Assembly: GCF_009914755.1 (NCBI RefSeq) | Contig: NC_060930.1 | Strand: one strand, 5' to 3' | Source of the DNA: the human T2T-CHM13v2.0 reference genome, Homo sapiens | DNA: 64,000 nt | Shown: one piece after another, positions 40,376-55,449 of the stretch | Layout: each line of letters begins with the position of its first letter | Position numbering within the stretch: position 1 is the first letter of the stretch | Translations under genes and position numbers: made by a program | The notes under the pieces: model-generated | Told to the model about the DNA's origin: nothing | Seen by the model: the letters and a program-made list of their open reading frames with translations, nothing else | Database searches by the model: none

Positions 40376-41613
40376 ACAGTTCATGGGACACCGTTCAGCT
40401 GATTGGGCCACAGACTTTAGTCCCCAGATAAATAATGCTCTCTTTAAATAATGTTGTTATCATTATTATTATTATGTCCAAAAATAGAAAGTGTAAAGAC
40501 AGACTCTTTTGACTTTGGTTTTCACCACTAAGAACCTACTTCACACCATGAGAACCTGAGTCAACTCCATTTTGTTAGGTTGGGAACATAACTTTAAGAG
40601 CGAGTGTCATTAAGTTAGACACTAAGCAAACATGTCTTCCTTCATGTTTCTCGTGACGGGGTAGGAAAGCAGCCCTGTTTTACTGTTATCTTTAGTTCTA
40701 CTTGGTGGGAGGTGGGTTTTAGCCTCAGAGCTGCTGGAAGCGGGGTCTGGAGGGAATGCTTTCAGCAAGAGGGTGGGCAGAGCACACAGGGCTCCCGCTC
40801 AGAGAGGAGCTCAGCTGGGGAGGAGGAGGAGGCTGGGAAGGCCCATCAGGAGGGACAGCCGGAATTCCCGCGGAGTGGAGTCTTGCTCCCAGCCCTTCCT
40901 AACTGAAAAGACTGCGAAGGTGCCCCGGGCTGGGGGCCTGGGGTGGGCGGCTGACAGGTGTAGGGCCTGGAAATCCAGTGGAGTCTCCAGCACAGGAGCA
41001 ACTGTGGAATCAGAAGCGCTGTGCTCCTGCTCCTCGTTCCATTTGAGATTCAAGCCAGGAAAAGAATTCATAGTTAGACAGAGGGCTGAGCTGACGTAAG
41101 GAAGAAACAAATGCACTTTTAAAAGGAGAAAATCTCCAGTGCCCAGCTGCTCCGTCCGTAGTGCATGAGCCCCGAGAGGAGAAAATGATTCCTGCCTGTT
41201 TGTGTCATATGCATTTATTGTGTGTAGACCTGGCTTCGTTACAAATCTAGATGGAAAAAAGCAAATTTAAAACAAACAGACCATAGGATTCCACAGGCTT
41301 GGTTCCGACATCCTAGCAATGTTTCAGAGGCTGAAATTGTCAGCACTGAGCGTCCTTTGTTCAGATGCAGCCATACTCTGGCGTCTCAGTCATTGAATCG
41401 TCATTGGAGCCCCCCGTTTTGGCTCTGGGTGGCATGTGTAGATGTAAAGAAAATCCTTGCTTAAAGTTACTTCCAAAATGTAGCCAGACCTTCTGTTTCT
41501 GTAGGACCCGACCTTCTGTTGCTCAGATTCTGCCAAGACTACTACTGCAAACTTGTTTTCATTCCATAGTTTACGAAAAAGAAAAATCAATGAGGGAAAT
41601 GCTTTTTAAAAAG

Positions 41614-41843
41614 TTTTAATTGAAATATGACCGTTGTACATGTTTTTGAGGCATGTGCTATTTTGATACCTGAGTAGGATAGGGTATCTGGGGTAACCGT
41701 CAACTCCAATATTTGTCTTTCCGTTGTGTTGGGAACATTCCAGATCTTTTGTAGCTGTTTTGAAATATACAGTAAATTATTTTTAACTATAATTTTTCTA
41801 TTGTACTTTTGAATATTAGAACTTATTCCTTTTATCTAACCGT
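41614..41843 (-). mobile_element. L1MA-type 3' UTR fragment, antisense
   Basis: TGTGTTGGGAACATTCCAGATC...TTTTGAAATATACAGTAAATTATTTTTAACTATA...TAGAACTTATTCCTTTTATCTAAC is typical of old L1 3' ends. Confidence 0.75.
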
Positions 41844-44302
41844 AGCTTAAGTCAATCTTTTCATTGAAAATGAGGAACTGTTCTTAAATGAAGACATTCT
41901 GGCAAATACTTGGAATGCGTTCGATTCCATCATCAGGTGGACCAGAGTCCGCCAGGCAGGTACCTGGGATGTCAGCATAGGAAAGCGTTTCTCAGACTCG
42001 CTGCTACTTGCATCCCTCATTTCAGAACAAACTCAATCATAAGATTACAGAGACGGCAGAATGGCCCAGTTGCCGGTCCTGTTTGAATCCCTGGTGTGAC
42101 CCCGGGATGCTAGAATGGGGCCAGCCACAGCCTCCTGAGAGGGAGCCCTTGGTTCATGTGCAGATCTCTGAGGAGCTACGGGTGTGGGCTTTCTCTGCCA
42201 TCACCTTTGCCTGCTTTGCTTTGGGGGCATAGATATGCTTTTGTGTTTGGGTTTCTGAGGAGGTCATTACTCCATGTATTTGGGTAGTTGAAGCCTCTGG
42301 GCGACTCACTGCTCCCTCCTGATGGATCACTGGTCAGCCCTGGTCAGCCCTCCAGTCTTTGTTCCCTCCAGGTCCTCGTGGATATCAGCACACGGTCTTG
42401 GTGTTGGTGTTGGTGTTGGTGTTGTATTGTGCTTGTGTTGCGGTTGTGTTGTGGTAGTCGCTGTGTGGTTGCCAACTCAAGGATTGGCCGCTCTATTTCC
42501 ATGGTAGGGTTCATTGGTGGTGACTGTCAGCCTGACTGTCAGCTGGATAAGGGAAGGGGAAGCATGGAGAGGAAGCATGGGGCAGGCTGCGGCGGGGGGC
42601 TGCTGCATTCCCGGGGGCTGCTGCAGACGCTGAGGGGCCCAGGCAGCCAGGCACCAACCCCAGAGCTCACACTAGACTAACCCCTCTGCAGTGGTAGCGT
42701 TGCTGATTGGCCCTTGAGGAGACAATGCAACATCACAGTGTGCTCAGAAAACACTTGCTCTAAATATTTTGAGTTTAGTAAAATGTAACCTCACTTGAAA
42801 TCAATCAAGGACATTGGAGCTACGAAATATTTACTAGTACGGAAGCTTATTTCTTAACAATACATGAATTTTTAGAGGTTTATGGTTTAAAAACATAGAG
42901 AGTCTATCTTGTTGTTAAGACTGACTCCTTAAGTTTTTCATAAAAGATACAAAAGAGGGAATGTTGTAGAAAAAAACTATTAGAAGTAAAAACAGATTAG
43001 GAGTCTGGAAAGAAAAGTTTCTCTTTTGACTTGAAAGCATTTCCTAAACTACATATGCGGGGAAAGAAAGAGACAAAAACGCTAGCCTGAGCCTGAACAT
43101 CTGGACACCTTCAGTGCTTCCTGGCAGCTGGCTTTGCATATTTGGTGTCCTCATGAGGCTAGAGCAACCTGCCAGGGCCAGTTGTTTGGACAGTAAACAG
43201 TTAAAAGTCATTCCTAAGAACGACTTAGTTCTCCTTAAGAATTTCATTGTCCGTTGGAAATGTTCCAAACTTTTTTTTCAGGAGAAAATTCAGGCAGAAA
43301 TAGTTGTTTTGTCATGCCGAGTAACACTGAGAGTGAGAATACAGTCTTGCAAATCAGGAAGGCTTTGACACCAGAAATAATCCTAATGTTTGGCAAAATA
43401 CTGATTGCACAGAACACCTCCTTAAAACATGAGTGTGCCCTGAAATGCTCGCTCCTCCCCGGATGGCAGAGGACATCAGCCTGATCTCCCCTCAAATGCT
43501 AGATCCCTCCTCAAGCCTGCGAAACCTGAAGAAATCCCACACACTCTACAGCACTGACGTCAACCTTACCTGTATCACCATAAACCCTCCGTGTCTCTTC
43601 ACCAATACCTTCATTCAAAAGCTCCTTGAGGGCAAAATTGGTGCTTTTTACCAAGCATTTTGTTAATAAGTAGTTTTTAAAAATGGTTGAATGACATAAC
43701 GTTGTCCTTGAGAAATGTAGGAAGACTTTAGAAACACACACGTTGGTCTTTAAGATACATATTCAGAGTTAACTTATTAGCTGTGATAAATTCCAAGTGC
43801 ACACCCTGGCCTTGGATGACCTGACCCAAAAGAGAGTTAAAGTCAAAGGCAAAGAATTTCTGGAATGTTATGGTCAGAGGAACCTTGGGGAGTTTACGGC
43901 AGCACTCAGTTTAATGGATGAGCCGAGGCAGGGCCAAGAGCAGGCACCTTCACCCAAAGCCTTGGCTTTCCCGGCCACATCTTCACTGGAGGAACTTCCT
44001 AATTCTTTTCAGGCACTGACTTCTAACCAAGTGCCCACTTCTATCAGTGTATTAGTTATCAGTGTTAATTCATCAAAGCACTATCTAAAGCCTATGGACC
44101 TCTTTGTCTAGAATAATGAAAAGATATAGTGAAAAATCAAGGATATGAAAATAAATATAGAAAATATGTGAATATAGAAAATATAGAAAAGTAGAGTTAA
44201 TGCACAAAAGTAGTAATTTTCTTTTCAGCTGAAGATTGTGAAGTTTTATGCTTTTTCTTTAGTGTCTTTTTTAAAGTATGAATTGTCATGAGCAAATTTC
44301 AT

Positions 44303-44702
44303 TGGATAAAAGAAAAACTTCAGCTGAATTAAATTTGAAAGAGTTTAATTGAGCAGTGAACGATTCCTGAATAAGGCAACCGCCCAAGCCGGAGTGGGCT
44401 CAGAGACTCCAGCACAGCCACAGGGTAGAAGAAGATTTACGGACAGAAAAAAGGAAAGTGATGGACAGAAAACAGAAGTGAGGCACAGAACCAGCCGGAT
44501 TGGCTACAGCTCGGCGTCAGCCTCATTTGAACATGGTTTGAACAGTTGGCTACGTTGGATTGGCCAAAACTCGGTGACTGGCACAAGTGTAGGCTACGGT
44601 CTGTTGACGTCTCCACTTGCTACAGTTCACGACGTACACAGAAACCTTCAGGCTGAACTTAAATATATAAGGAGGCAGCTTCAGGCTAAGCTTGATTCCA
44701 CA
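44303..44702 (-). mobile_element. MER57-type (ERV1) solo LTR, antisense
   Basis: AAAAGAAAAACTTCAGCTGAATTAAATTT...GATTGGCCAAAACTCGGTG...TAAGGAGGCAGCTTCAGGCTAAG matches the recalled reverse complement of MER57; multiple CCAAT boxes. Confidence 0.8.
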
Positions 44703-46852
44703 CAACTGATGTACTGTTAACCATCACTGGCCAGGACTTCTTTCTCTACTGCGTGGTGGTTAAAGCGCGTACCTGTCGTGAGGAAACTGCATCTGTCTTG
44801 AATCGTCCAAAAGAGGCGCTTGATGTTGTCAGTGTTCCCCATATCAGGGGCCCTGCAGGTCTAAGGCCAGGCCCTTGAGGATGACGCGCTGACCAGGTCT
44901 CAGTTTGGAGGGGGGTTTATCAAAATAGACTTTGTATACCTTTTATAAGCTGCAGGCACTTTATGAATCTCAAAATCAAAGTGCCTGAAGAAACTTTCCT
45001 AACACGATACTTTTTTTTCTTATGTTTAAACTGCATAGAAAGTTAAAAGTTGGAAAGCCAAGTGTTACATGTAATGACAGGCGTCAAATGCTTAATGGAG
45101 CAAGTGGGGTACTTGGGAAACATCTCGCACCCCTTTCTGTGGCTGTAGAACTAGATGGTGGAAGTTGAATTAAATCCCAAGAATGGGCTTGGGGAATGGC
45201 ATCAAAGCTGTGTTCCACATGTCCATCTCTGTGTACTTGTTATGTTCCAGAGGCTCTATTTGGCCCTGGTTATAACCAAACCTTCAAAGCCCTAGGCCCT
45301 CTAACTCCATGGTTTCTTCTGAACGTATTTCACAGGCTCTCCAGGGTCCCCGTTCCGAACTTCGCCTCACAGCCCCTTCCCTGGACCACACAGCAAACTC
45401 AAGCAGGGCTCCTGGGTCCTCCCACAGCTGGCTGGGACCCACAGAGGGAGCACTGTCACACTTTAAAACAGAAACAAGATTGTGTCACTTCTCAGATTCT
45501 CCCAACAGCTTCCAGTTTCCTTTCAGATAAGGTCCACACTTGTTTCTGGACTCATAAGACCCCCTGGGTTTTGGGCCCCTGTCAGTTCCTCAACTTTGTT
45601 CCCTAGGACCATCCTTCCTGCCCCACTCGACACACCCTGGTATCCTCAGGGCCTCAGGAATGCCACACTGCCTGGGACGCAGGGTCTTCGTGGGCCTTCC
45701 CTGTGCCCCCAGCACTCTCCTCCCTGTTCTAAATGGCTCACTCCACACCACTGCACCTCTGCCTGGCAAGCAGAGGTGAACGTGACACCAGTGCCCACCC
45801 TGCCAGGACAGGCGTGGTGGAGGGCAGGGGCCTTGTCTGCTGTTCCCGGCCTCATCATGGCCGTGGGGCAGCGGGGAGAGCTCCAGGTGAGCTCGGCACA
45901 AAATCACCTGGACGTAGGATGCACTCCTGCCTCTACCCCCCAGCAAGGTCAGAGTTCTCAGCACCATCCAAGCCTTCAGTCTCCCACTGAGTGTGACTTG
46001 GGCCTCAGTTTCTCCCTCAGACACTGATGTGCTGATTAGTTTCACCAGGCAGTCACGAGGCCACAGTGTGGTGCTGAGTGTCAGCTGCATGAGGGTGACA
46101 TGCACACGGCCCCACGCGTAGATCAGACAGGAATGCTGTAGTCCTGCCTCTGTGAACCCCGTCACACATGTGACACTCCCTGGACCACACAGCTGGGACA
46201 TGCTCTTTGAAGAGTGCTGGAGGAAAATCTGCGCTTGGAATAAAACAAAGAAGCACAGCATTTAATAAATGAGCATTTACTATGTAGAAGGAGTGGTCTG
46301 TTTCGGCTGGGGATGGAGCATTGAGATTGCGGTGCTTTTTAACTCTGGCAATGTCAGGATTTAAAGCGGAGTTTTCAAATTCAGCAAATGTTGGTAATCC
46401 AAAGCTGCCAAGTGTGAGAGCACACGTGTTTATGGACATGGCTTCGGGACCCCTCCGCCCTGGGAATTTCCCCTTTGTTTCTCTGATGCCTTTTCTTCAG
46501 CGGGGCTGCCACTCAGAGGCTCAACATCTTCCCTGCTTTTCTGTACCAGGTCGGTGTGTTTTAAACTGTGAGAATGAGTAGCCATGACATTTTATTTCTA
46601 GCTGTTTGTGAAAAGACCCAGCCAAATGCAGGTGCTGTTATTGGCACCCTCTTTCTCCCTCCCCAGCCAGATGAAAAGAGCTTTTTCTACCAGAAGACAG
46701 ATGCCCCTTATTTGGTGTGCACACAATGGAACCTTCATCACAAGTCACCAGTGATGTTCAGGGTCAGGGAGAAACTACCTGGTACCCAGAGCTCTTTCCA
46801 GGCACCCAGCTATGCACAAAGAGAGGACCAATCAAATGTTGGGTCAATGTGA

Positions 46853-47167
<315 letters not shown>

Positions 47168-50100
47168 TGAATGCCTACTTACAAGTAAAGATAATTTAGA
47201 AAGAAAATTATAAACTATTTGCTTTTATATAGTTTGAAATAGTTTATAATCAATAAAGGAACTTAAAATCCTGGTTCCTAACATTCATCATAGAGTTAGT
47301 AAATGTAAAATTTTGTTAGTGTCAAGACAAAACTGGATTTAATCGCAAAGGAGAAATTCTCAGCGCCTTTCTTACAGATTTCTGGAGAAGGAGAGAAGGA
47401 GTCACAAAAACATCTTAGTAACATTATTTCCATTTCTCTCAACCCTTAGAAGCAATAAAAAGTCTCATTTTCTGTCCGTTTTTAACTCTGCAGTTAAAAA
47501 TGTATTTCTTTTACCTTGGGGAAATGGCACAAAACTAGAGCACACTCAAACTTTTCTATGATACATTCTTAAAATGGGGAGGAAGTGAGCCTAAAACCCA
47601 CGGGGAAGGGCCACTCAGACAGAGAAACCTCTGCCTTATTCCAGTGAAACTGGAGTTAGCGAGTTAGCACGGGACAGAGACTCCTCAGTTCACCTGAGTT
47701 CCTCTCCTCGGGCCTTTTCTCCCCTCAGGGCACCACACAGGCTTTGAGAATGCTCAGTTCCCGCCTTAAAATTCTGACCAAATCTTCAAAAATCCAACCC
47801 TGTGGGCTTTCTCCCAACCCACATGTGACAGCCCGGGCACAAGAGTGGAGATAGCATTTGACTGCCACCTCCACGAAGTGACCCCAAGGTGCCCAGCAGG
47901 TGTTCTCAGCAGACACGGCACATGTTCCTGGCCCAAACCGAGAGAAGCGGTTTCCCCCCAGGTCACCACGCAGGCCCCCAATGGGAGACGAGGACAGTCT
48001 TTTCTCAGGTGGCTGACCTGTCCCCCTCACATCAGGCCAGCAAAGGCATTCCCGGGGTCCCTGGCTGGCGAATTGGAGCACAGGCTGATTGCTTGACAGA
48101 AATGATTGGACTTCCAAGCCAGAGGAGCTAAAACTGTGAGTGGATACATAGACAATGATGATGGCGTGAATACCTGCGTGCACACACCACTCCTCAGAAG
48201 CATCTGAACAACTTAGAGAAGAAAGCTCCTTTGTCATCCATTCTTTTCTCCTCATTTCTCATCTATACCAGTTTCCTAAACATTGGAACTAAACATGAAA
48301 CTAAGAGAACTGATTTTTAAGCCACTGCTAGATACTTAAAACCAGAGGAATGCGTCTCATTATCCCCAGACACTTCATGCCTGATGAGCTAATAATGTTA
48401 CTTGCGTGTGAAATCTCTGGCCCCCGTCCGTACACCTGCTTCCCTCGTGTTCCCGATCCAGACCCTGCAGGCCTCACTGGCACAATCCAGACCCACGATT
48501 GTGCCAGTGTGTGGCTGCTGTTATCCAGTGGTCTCTTCTCTTGATCGGTGAGTGAGGAAACCACTCAGCTCCACTTTCTCCTGTGTTTGAGTTCCTTCAG
48601 GGGCAGTACTGGGTGTTCCAGGTTACGGGAAGGAAGCGAAAGTTAATTCGTGTCCAGACAGGAGGTGACTGAGGGAGCAGCTGGGAACTTGTATCCATTT
48701 GTATTTAAAAGACAAAGAGAAAAGAAGAAACTACATAAACTTACTGAAACAGGAATTTTTATACAAAAATGGTTTTTGTTTCTTAAAATAAGGACGTTTC
48801 ATAGAAAGCACAGAACACATTCATTTTAAACGAGTGAAAGTCAAAAATGCTTTTAAAGCATCAGAATATTAACCCAGTTTCTGAAAAGTCCCTGGTCCAT
48901 AGGCTGGGGTCTCAGGGACCCGCCAGTTCAGCCACTTTGTTGACTGGATGAGCTCTGGGGTTGAGAAGGGCTCAGGGCTTTGTAAGGTGCAGCACCTTTA
49001 CTGTGGGGCAAAACCAGGATAGAACCCGGTGTTTCCACAGAAACCTCACAGATGTCAAGGACTTGGATTCTGCAGATCAGCTGGAGCACCTGAGGATACT
49101 TGGGCTAAGCTACTCCCTTCATTGTTTTGCCACAGATTGGATATAAATTGGTGAACTTATTCTGTTTCTAGCTTTGAAAAGAACAGTCTGGTTTTCTTTC
49201 TTGAATTGGCTTATTATTCCCCCCAGGAGCCTGGGCATAGGACACTGCCACATGGTGTGGACTTTGAGAGGGCCTGGCACGTCTAACCCAGGTGGGAGTG
49301 TGTATGGGGTAGCACCTTCGTGCTATGCCTCTGTTGACCTGAGACTTCTGAACTCAGTTCAATGGGTGGTTGGAGAACTTACTGTGAGTGGAACTGTCCC
49401 AAAATAAAGGGTGACTGGGTACATCGCTGAGCCTGCACGCGGCAGTTTTGACGCCAACCCTTCCATGACGCAGTATTTACAGGGGCCGTTAGACCCCACC
49501 GTGCAGGCGGCTAAGTGAGAAGAAGGCCGGGGGCGGAGTGTGCTAGAAAGGACCCACCAGAGCACCAGGCTCCTCATACAGGTTCTCAGCGGGCAGCTTC
49601 CCCAGCCTGAATCACACACCACAAAATGCCAGAGCAAAGGGTGGCTTTGCTATCAAGATGGGCCAGAGGAGTTACAGCAAGGGTTGGCAGGGGGCCAGCG
49701 CCCCTGCGAGGGACGAGGGTCTCTGCAGCCATCACCGTGCCGGACACAGCTGTCATGGGAGAAGCGGAATAGCTCCCTGTGGGCAACAGTGGGGAAATCC
49801 CAGCTGTTCTGGGGTCGTTTCTCTTTTACCTCAAGCCTCGTTGCTCCTCTCATGCGTTTGCTAGATCTGGGACATCTCAGGGTGATGAAATTTTCACTTC
49901 ATGATACTTCTGTGATTTCTCATGCAGTGAACATTCACTTTAACATAATGAAAGTTAGTTTTTTTCTTCTGATTACTTGTAATCTTTCATTTTTGTTCGC
50001 CTTTTTTCTTCAGAAGTAGTTTTGAAGTACAGTCGTCCGTCATCAGTAACAAGCATTATTCCAGGTCCTGGGGTGACTGTGACATGGGACTGAGCAGGAT

Positions 50101-52898
50101 TGATTTGCTGCTTCTTGTTTTAGAAGTACATAATGCTTTTTATGTTCAGTTTTTCTTTTTGCACTAAAGACTCCTGCAGCTTTTATATTATGTTAGTCAT
50201 GTTTCGTGATGAACATCTATTATTTTCTCATTTGAAATATTGTGTTGCTTTATCTCATTTGGGGGAATATGATTAAATTAACAGCCAAAAAAAAATCCCC
50301 CTGGGTGTGTCCCTATTACCACACCAAATATCCACATAATTCTTTCTTAAAGCTGTTCAGTACTGAGGATTATCTAAAACGCCTTTTCTCCCAGATAATA
50401 ATATTCTTCTCCATCAAATCCATATTCCTCTCAGAATCTCTGGAGGCCAGTGGAGGACTGGAAATTCATAGAGAGCAGCCCTGGCAGGCAGGTGCCCGAG
50501 GTCCTGTGGGTCCCAGCCTCACCTGCCCCGGCGCCTGTCTCGTCGCCCTGGACAAGTTCTCCTGGACGGCTGGCCTGGCAGGGCTTCTGCCCACGTGTTC
50601 CCGAGCCTGTGCCCTGGAGGCATTTTCAGCCCTCCAAGTTGTTTTTCTCATTTCCCTTCCTGGTTAGTCCTGCAGCTGGGGAGCTCAGCCTTCTGTAGAC
50701 CGGGAGGCCCCTCCCAGGGAGCCGAGGCCGGGTGGGCTGGGCAGCTTTGGAAGCACCGCGGCCAGCAGCCTCTGCAGCCTCAGGTCCTCTGCCTTTCTGA
50801 GGGGATGTTCGATGAGACTGTTACTTCTTTCTTGGAAAGTAGCATTTGCCCCGTGGCCGTGATGCTTTTTGCTATAGATTTTGATCTCCTTTTTCAGTTG
50901 TGTGCAAAGAGACTAACACAGACCTTTTTGCACTCTCAGAACCCCCCTGGTGAAGGCTGCACATCTGTTTTCTGACATGTGTGTTTAATGAAGTGGAAGC
51001 CAGCATGACTGTGGAGTCCTGCTATCGGCAGCTCACGTGTGCTTCAAGAGCAATCACACAAAACTCCAGTGTCAAAAAGAAACCTAGGAAAACCAGGGCG
51101 TCCCTAACTGCATAAACAGGCTGGTCTCCGAACGACTTGGCTGCTGTCCACACCACGGCCACATGGTCCACGCCAACGTGCCCTTGACCCAGGGGTGGTC
51201 CACGCCAACGTGCCCTCGACCCAGGGGTCTGAGAATCACGTGTGGCACTGCCTTTCCCCACGGCACCCTCAGCCTGTCCTGTTGCCTGAGGAGTCCAGAG
51301 AGAGCCCTTCTCATCTCAGACAATCCTTCCTCTGAGGGCCACGGGGAAGGCGGGGAAGGGGCCGTCCTCAGTCCCACTCGGCTTTCTGCCTGGGCTCTGC
51401 AGCTCTCCACGTCCTCCACTTACTGAGTGGGCTCCTGAGATTCCCTTTGGCGGGGCCGTCTAAAACTTTTCTTAGTAAAAAATGGAATCTAAATTGGGCA
51501 GAAGGTGTGTGGTGTAAACTCCCTTCCTGCTGTGGTGAGGACGGTCCGAGCAGATGTTCTAATGCCCGAGGTGCTCTCCAGGCTCAGAAGTCTCCGTGGG
51601 TGTCCCTAGCCCCAGCAGAGCCCCAGGGAGAGGCAGCCTCCCCAGCAGGGAGTCTGAGAGTGCAGCGTGGCTCAGTGGGGACGCTGTCCCTCCAGGGCTG
51701 GTGCCTGGCTTCTGTCTTCTATTTTCCCCTCAGTATCTTTCTCTTTCTACTGAACTCTGGAAGGGCTTTCTTTAGAAAAATTTAACAAAATGTAAATGGT
51801 AACAAGCTCCGTTTGTCACCTCTCCCCTGGATATTTACACACAAATAGACCCAGTTGGAATCGGCAAATTTTGCTCCCTGCTTGTGAAGCTCTTAAACCC
51901 GCCGATCTCATCGGGGAAACGAGGGTGGGGCTCCTACCTCTTGCATTTGCTTATTGATCCAGCAAGCATGTATTGGGCAGCTGAGCTGCTTCTCTATGCC
52001 AAAAGGGCATCCAGAGAGAGGAGACCTATGTTGTCCATTGTCCATGCCACCCTGGGCATAAGGACACGGGATGCTGCCTGTGTCCAGCTACTGGGGCAGT
52101 AGCACCGGGAACGGTCTCAGGAGAAAAGACCCCAGAGAAAGTGGACGGCTTCTTTCAAATGTTTTCTTGAATTTGGGGTGGGACGAGTGTCTCAGGCATG
52201 GTGTCAGGGAATTCCTAACCGGTGGGAGAGGAGAGTGGTGTTGAGGGAAGGATGGAGGGGAAAGTCACGCTGCAGAATGTTGGGTGCCTGAATTATTCCC
52301 TGACCCCAGAATCCATACACAGTCCGCGCTGGGCTCCAAAGCTATGAGCACTAAACCCTGCTGTGGACTGTTCGTGCCAATGCCGTGGTGTGGACAAGTC
52401 CCCAGGAGACGGGCGTTGGGGAGCTCCTGCTGTTTGCCCTACTGCCTCCTTTTGCTCTGAGAAGCGAGGTGGCTCTGGACAGGGTGGGGGTGGCGGTGAA
52501 TCACAGGCCCTGGCCTCGATTGCTGGGATGGCCAGCCTCATGTGCTCTCAGCGTGCATTCCGTATGTCCCGTGTCCCTAAGCACCCGGTGCCTCTGCTGC
52601 CACACTCGCTGGATGAGTGACACTGCCCACCTCCGATTGCAGTTCTGAAGATCAGTGAGATACTAATGCCTGTGAATTTTAGTCTCACATAATAATTCAA
52701 ACAGTAGAGGAATTAATAATAGCTATGGCTCAAAATCAATATATATAATGCAATGTGTTTGTGTTTAAACTAGCTCATTAAGATTAAGGTAGGCCAAAAT
52801 ACTCATTTCCAAACAGTAAAACAACATTTCCCTGTATTTTAGAGGAAAATCTGTTAGGCTTTATGAGTTAATTATGAAAACATACACGTGTTTTTCAG

Positions 52899-53001
52899 GT
52901 TGTCCGGGTGCCAAAAAGCATGAGTTTCTGACCAGCGTTCTGGACGCGCTGTCCACGGACATGGTCCACGCCGCCTCCGACCCCTCCTCCTCGTCAGGCA
53001 G
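52899..53001 (+). CDS. SMOC2: SMOC2 internal coding exon (exon 10), start of EC domain
   Basis: Acceptor TTTTTCAG ending 52898; donor CAG|GTACGC at 53002; 103 nt, phase 1 to 2. Encodes GCPGAKKHEFLTSVLDALSTDMVHAASDPSSSSG(R). Confidence 0.96.
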
Positions 53002-53413
53002 GTACGCTGTGTTCGCCGTGGGACAACAAGTTGGCAGGGTCCCAGAATTCTGGGGAATCTGGAAAGTCTGAACATTACATATTGGCAACCTTCTCAGCTT
53101 ATTTGGACACAGTAGGGCCTTAAAAAGGAGCCTTCTGCAAACACAGGAAGTTGCTTAGCAGGTTTTCTTGTAGCAAGACTAAATCACTGAAAACACTCCC
53201 ATAGGGGTACATGGCCCTGAGCCGTGACTCCTGGGCCTCTGCGGGGTAGTGGGCTCTGACCCTGGCCCTTTTGGTGCGGAGCAGGGCAGGGGGAGCACTT
53301 CCTGCAGAGGGCTTTGTGCTTTGAAATTGCACTTTAGAGTCATCGATTGGATTGTAAATACTTTGAATGACAACGTTTAATCTGAAGTTCTCAAAACGTG
53401 ATTAGGTTTACTG

Positions 53414-53497
53414 CAGTAAAATGTACAGCACATACATTTGCTGTCCTAACCACTTTCAGGCATGTGATTCAGTTACATCAAAGACATTCACACTGTT
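53414..53497 (-). mobile_element. Short old L1 3' fragment
   Basis: GTAAAATGTACA...TAACCACTTTCAGGCATGTGATTCAG...ACATTCACACTGTT resembles an antisense L1MB terminus. Confidence 0.45.
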
Positions 53498-53909
53498 CAA
53501 AATAGGATTTTTGGAACCCTGGAGATGTTCCTTGAGTACCTGGTAGGCATTCCCGCACTCCTGGACCTGGGGCCTGGAGCTCGGTGGAGTGGCTTTCGGT
53601 GAATTCTCCAACACTCCTCTTTTCCACCCTCTGTAGATCAGCCTCAGGAGAGCAGAAGAACCCCAGGGTTTTACTGCGATGGCATCTCAAGCATCAGATA
53701 TTCCCCCTGATCTAGCCATAGTTTATCTGTTTCTTTCAAATAAAGTTTTGATGGAGATTTCATCTTTTTTCTTTCTTTAGAATGTTGGCCTTTCTCCCCA
53801 TAGCCCCTGACACCCAAACCCTTGATTATCTCAGCCACTTTAGATGATTTTTTTGGTCTCCTGAACTAAAAGCCTCTCCTCTCACTGTCTGTCTGCTAAA
53901 GAAGACTTA

Positions 53910-54278
<369 letters not shown>

Positions 54279-55174
54279 TTTTAATAGAGTCAAACAGTAT
54301 GTAAATTTCAACTTTACATCTTCTATTCTTGGAAAGATTGTTTTCGCAAACTAAGCTAAACTGCAAACTAAAAATGAAGGCAGTAAATGAATTGCTAACT
54401 AAACTAAATTGCAAACTAAACTAAATGCAAACTAAAATTGATGGCAGTAAATGGATTGTTATCTGAAAATCCTCTGAAAGGTTGAGAAATTGGCAATGGT
54501 GTCGGAGTTCACGGTGTTCTCATACCTGGGAATGTGCAGCTCATCCCAACAGGCAGAATCCAGGGGCCAGCACCTCCAGGAGGGCCATCCCATGCGCACA
54601 CACACACCCTCCATCTCACGGAGAAGGTGCGTGTCTGCCATTTGGTGCACTTTTAAAGATCCGCACCTTCTAGAAGAGTTTATTTATGTATGCCCTAAAA
54701 TATTGAACCTAACATAATCCAAGGAAAAATATCTAGTCCCAACTTAAAATGTTTTTGATTTGCATCATCTGATATTCCTATGACATGAAGGATGTGTAAA
54801 AGAATCACATTTACAGGGCTAGAAAAGCTCAGGGTTCTGGTGTGTCGGGCGGGTATAGCTGCATGTGCTGACCTGCCAGTCCTGTGCACACAGAAGCCAG
54901 GATAAGGGGGCTTTTGTCCTTCAAGTGCATCTTTGCTGGGCACAAATTCACTGCATCATTTACAATTTTGAATCCAACCTGAAAAATCTTTGCTAAAAAT
55001 GTTCTTCTAAATTATTTCTTTAAATTGTTATATCTGATGACCAGTGCTGCAGGCTGAGACACCAGGACCATGGGAGAACTACAAGCAGGGGTTATGGGTT
55101 TGAGGGAAGGACAGTGGCCAGGAAGGAGCAGCCCAGGGGTTTAAGCATCCTGACGGCATCTGTGTTCCTTCCAG

Positions 55175-55449
55175 GCTCTCAGAACCCGACCCCAGCCATA
55201 CCCTAGAGGAGCGGGTGGTGCACTGGTACTTCAAACTACTGGATAAAAACTCCAGTGGAGACATCGGCAAAAAGGAAATCAAACCCTTCAAGAGGTTCCT
55301 TCGCAAAAAATCAAAGCCCAAAAAATGTGTGAAGAAGTTTGTTGAATACTGTGACGTGAATAATGACAAATCCATCTCCGTACAAGAACTGATGGGCTGC
55401 CTGGGCGTGGCGAAAGAGGACGGCAAAGCGGACACCAAGAAACGCCACA
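55175..55449 (+). CDS. SMOC2: SMOC2 internal coding exon (exon 11), EF-hand pair of the SPARC-family EC domain
   Basis: Acceptor TTCCTTCCAG ending 55174; donor ACA|GTAAGA at 55450; 275 nt, phase 2 to 1. Encodes LSEPDPSHTLEERVVHWYFKLL-DKNSSGDIGKKE-IKPFKRFLRKKSKPKKCVKKFVEYC-DVNNDKSISVQE-LMGCLGVAKEDGKADTKKRH: two 12-residue EF-hand loops flanking a basic cluster. Confidence 0.97.
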
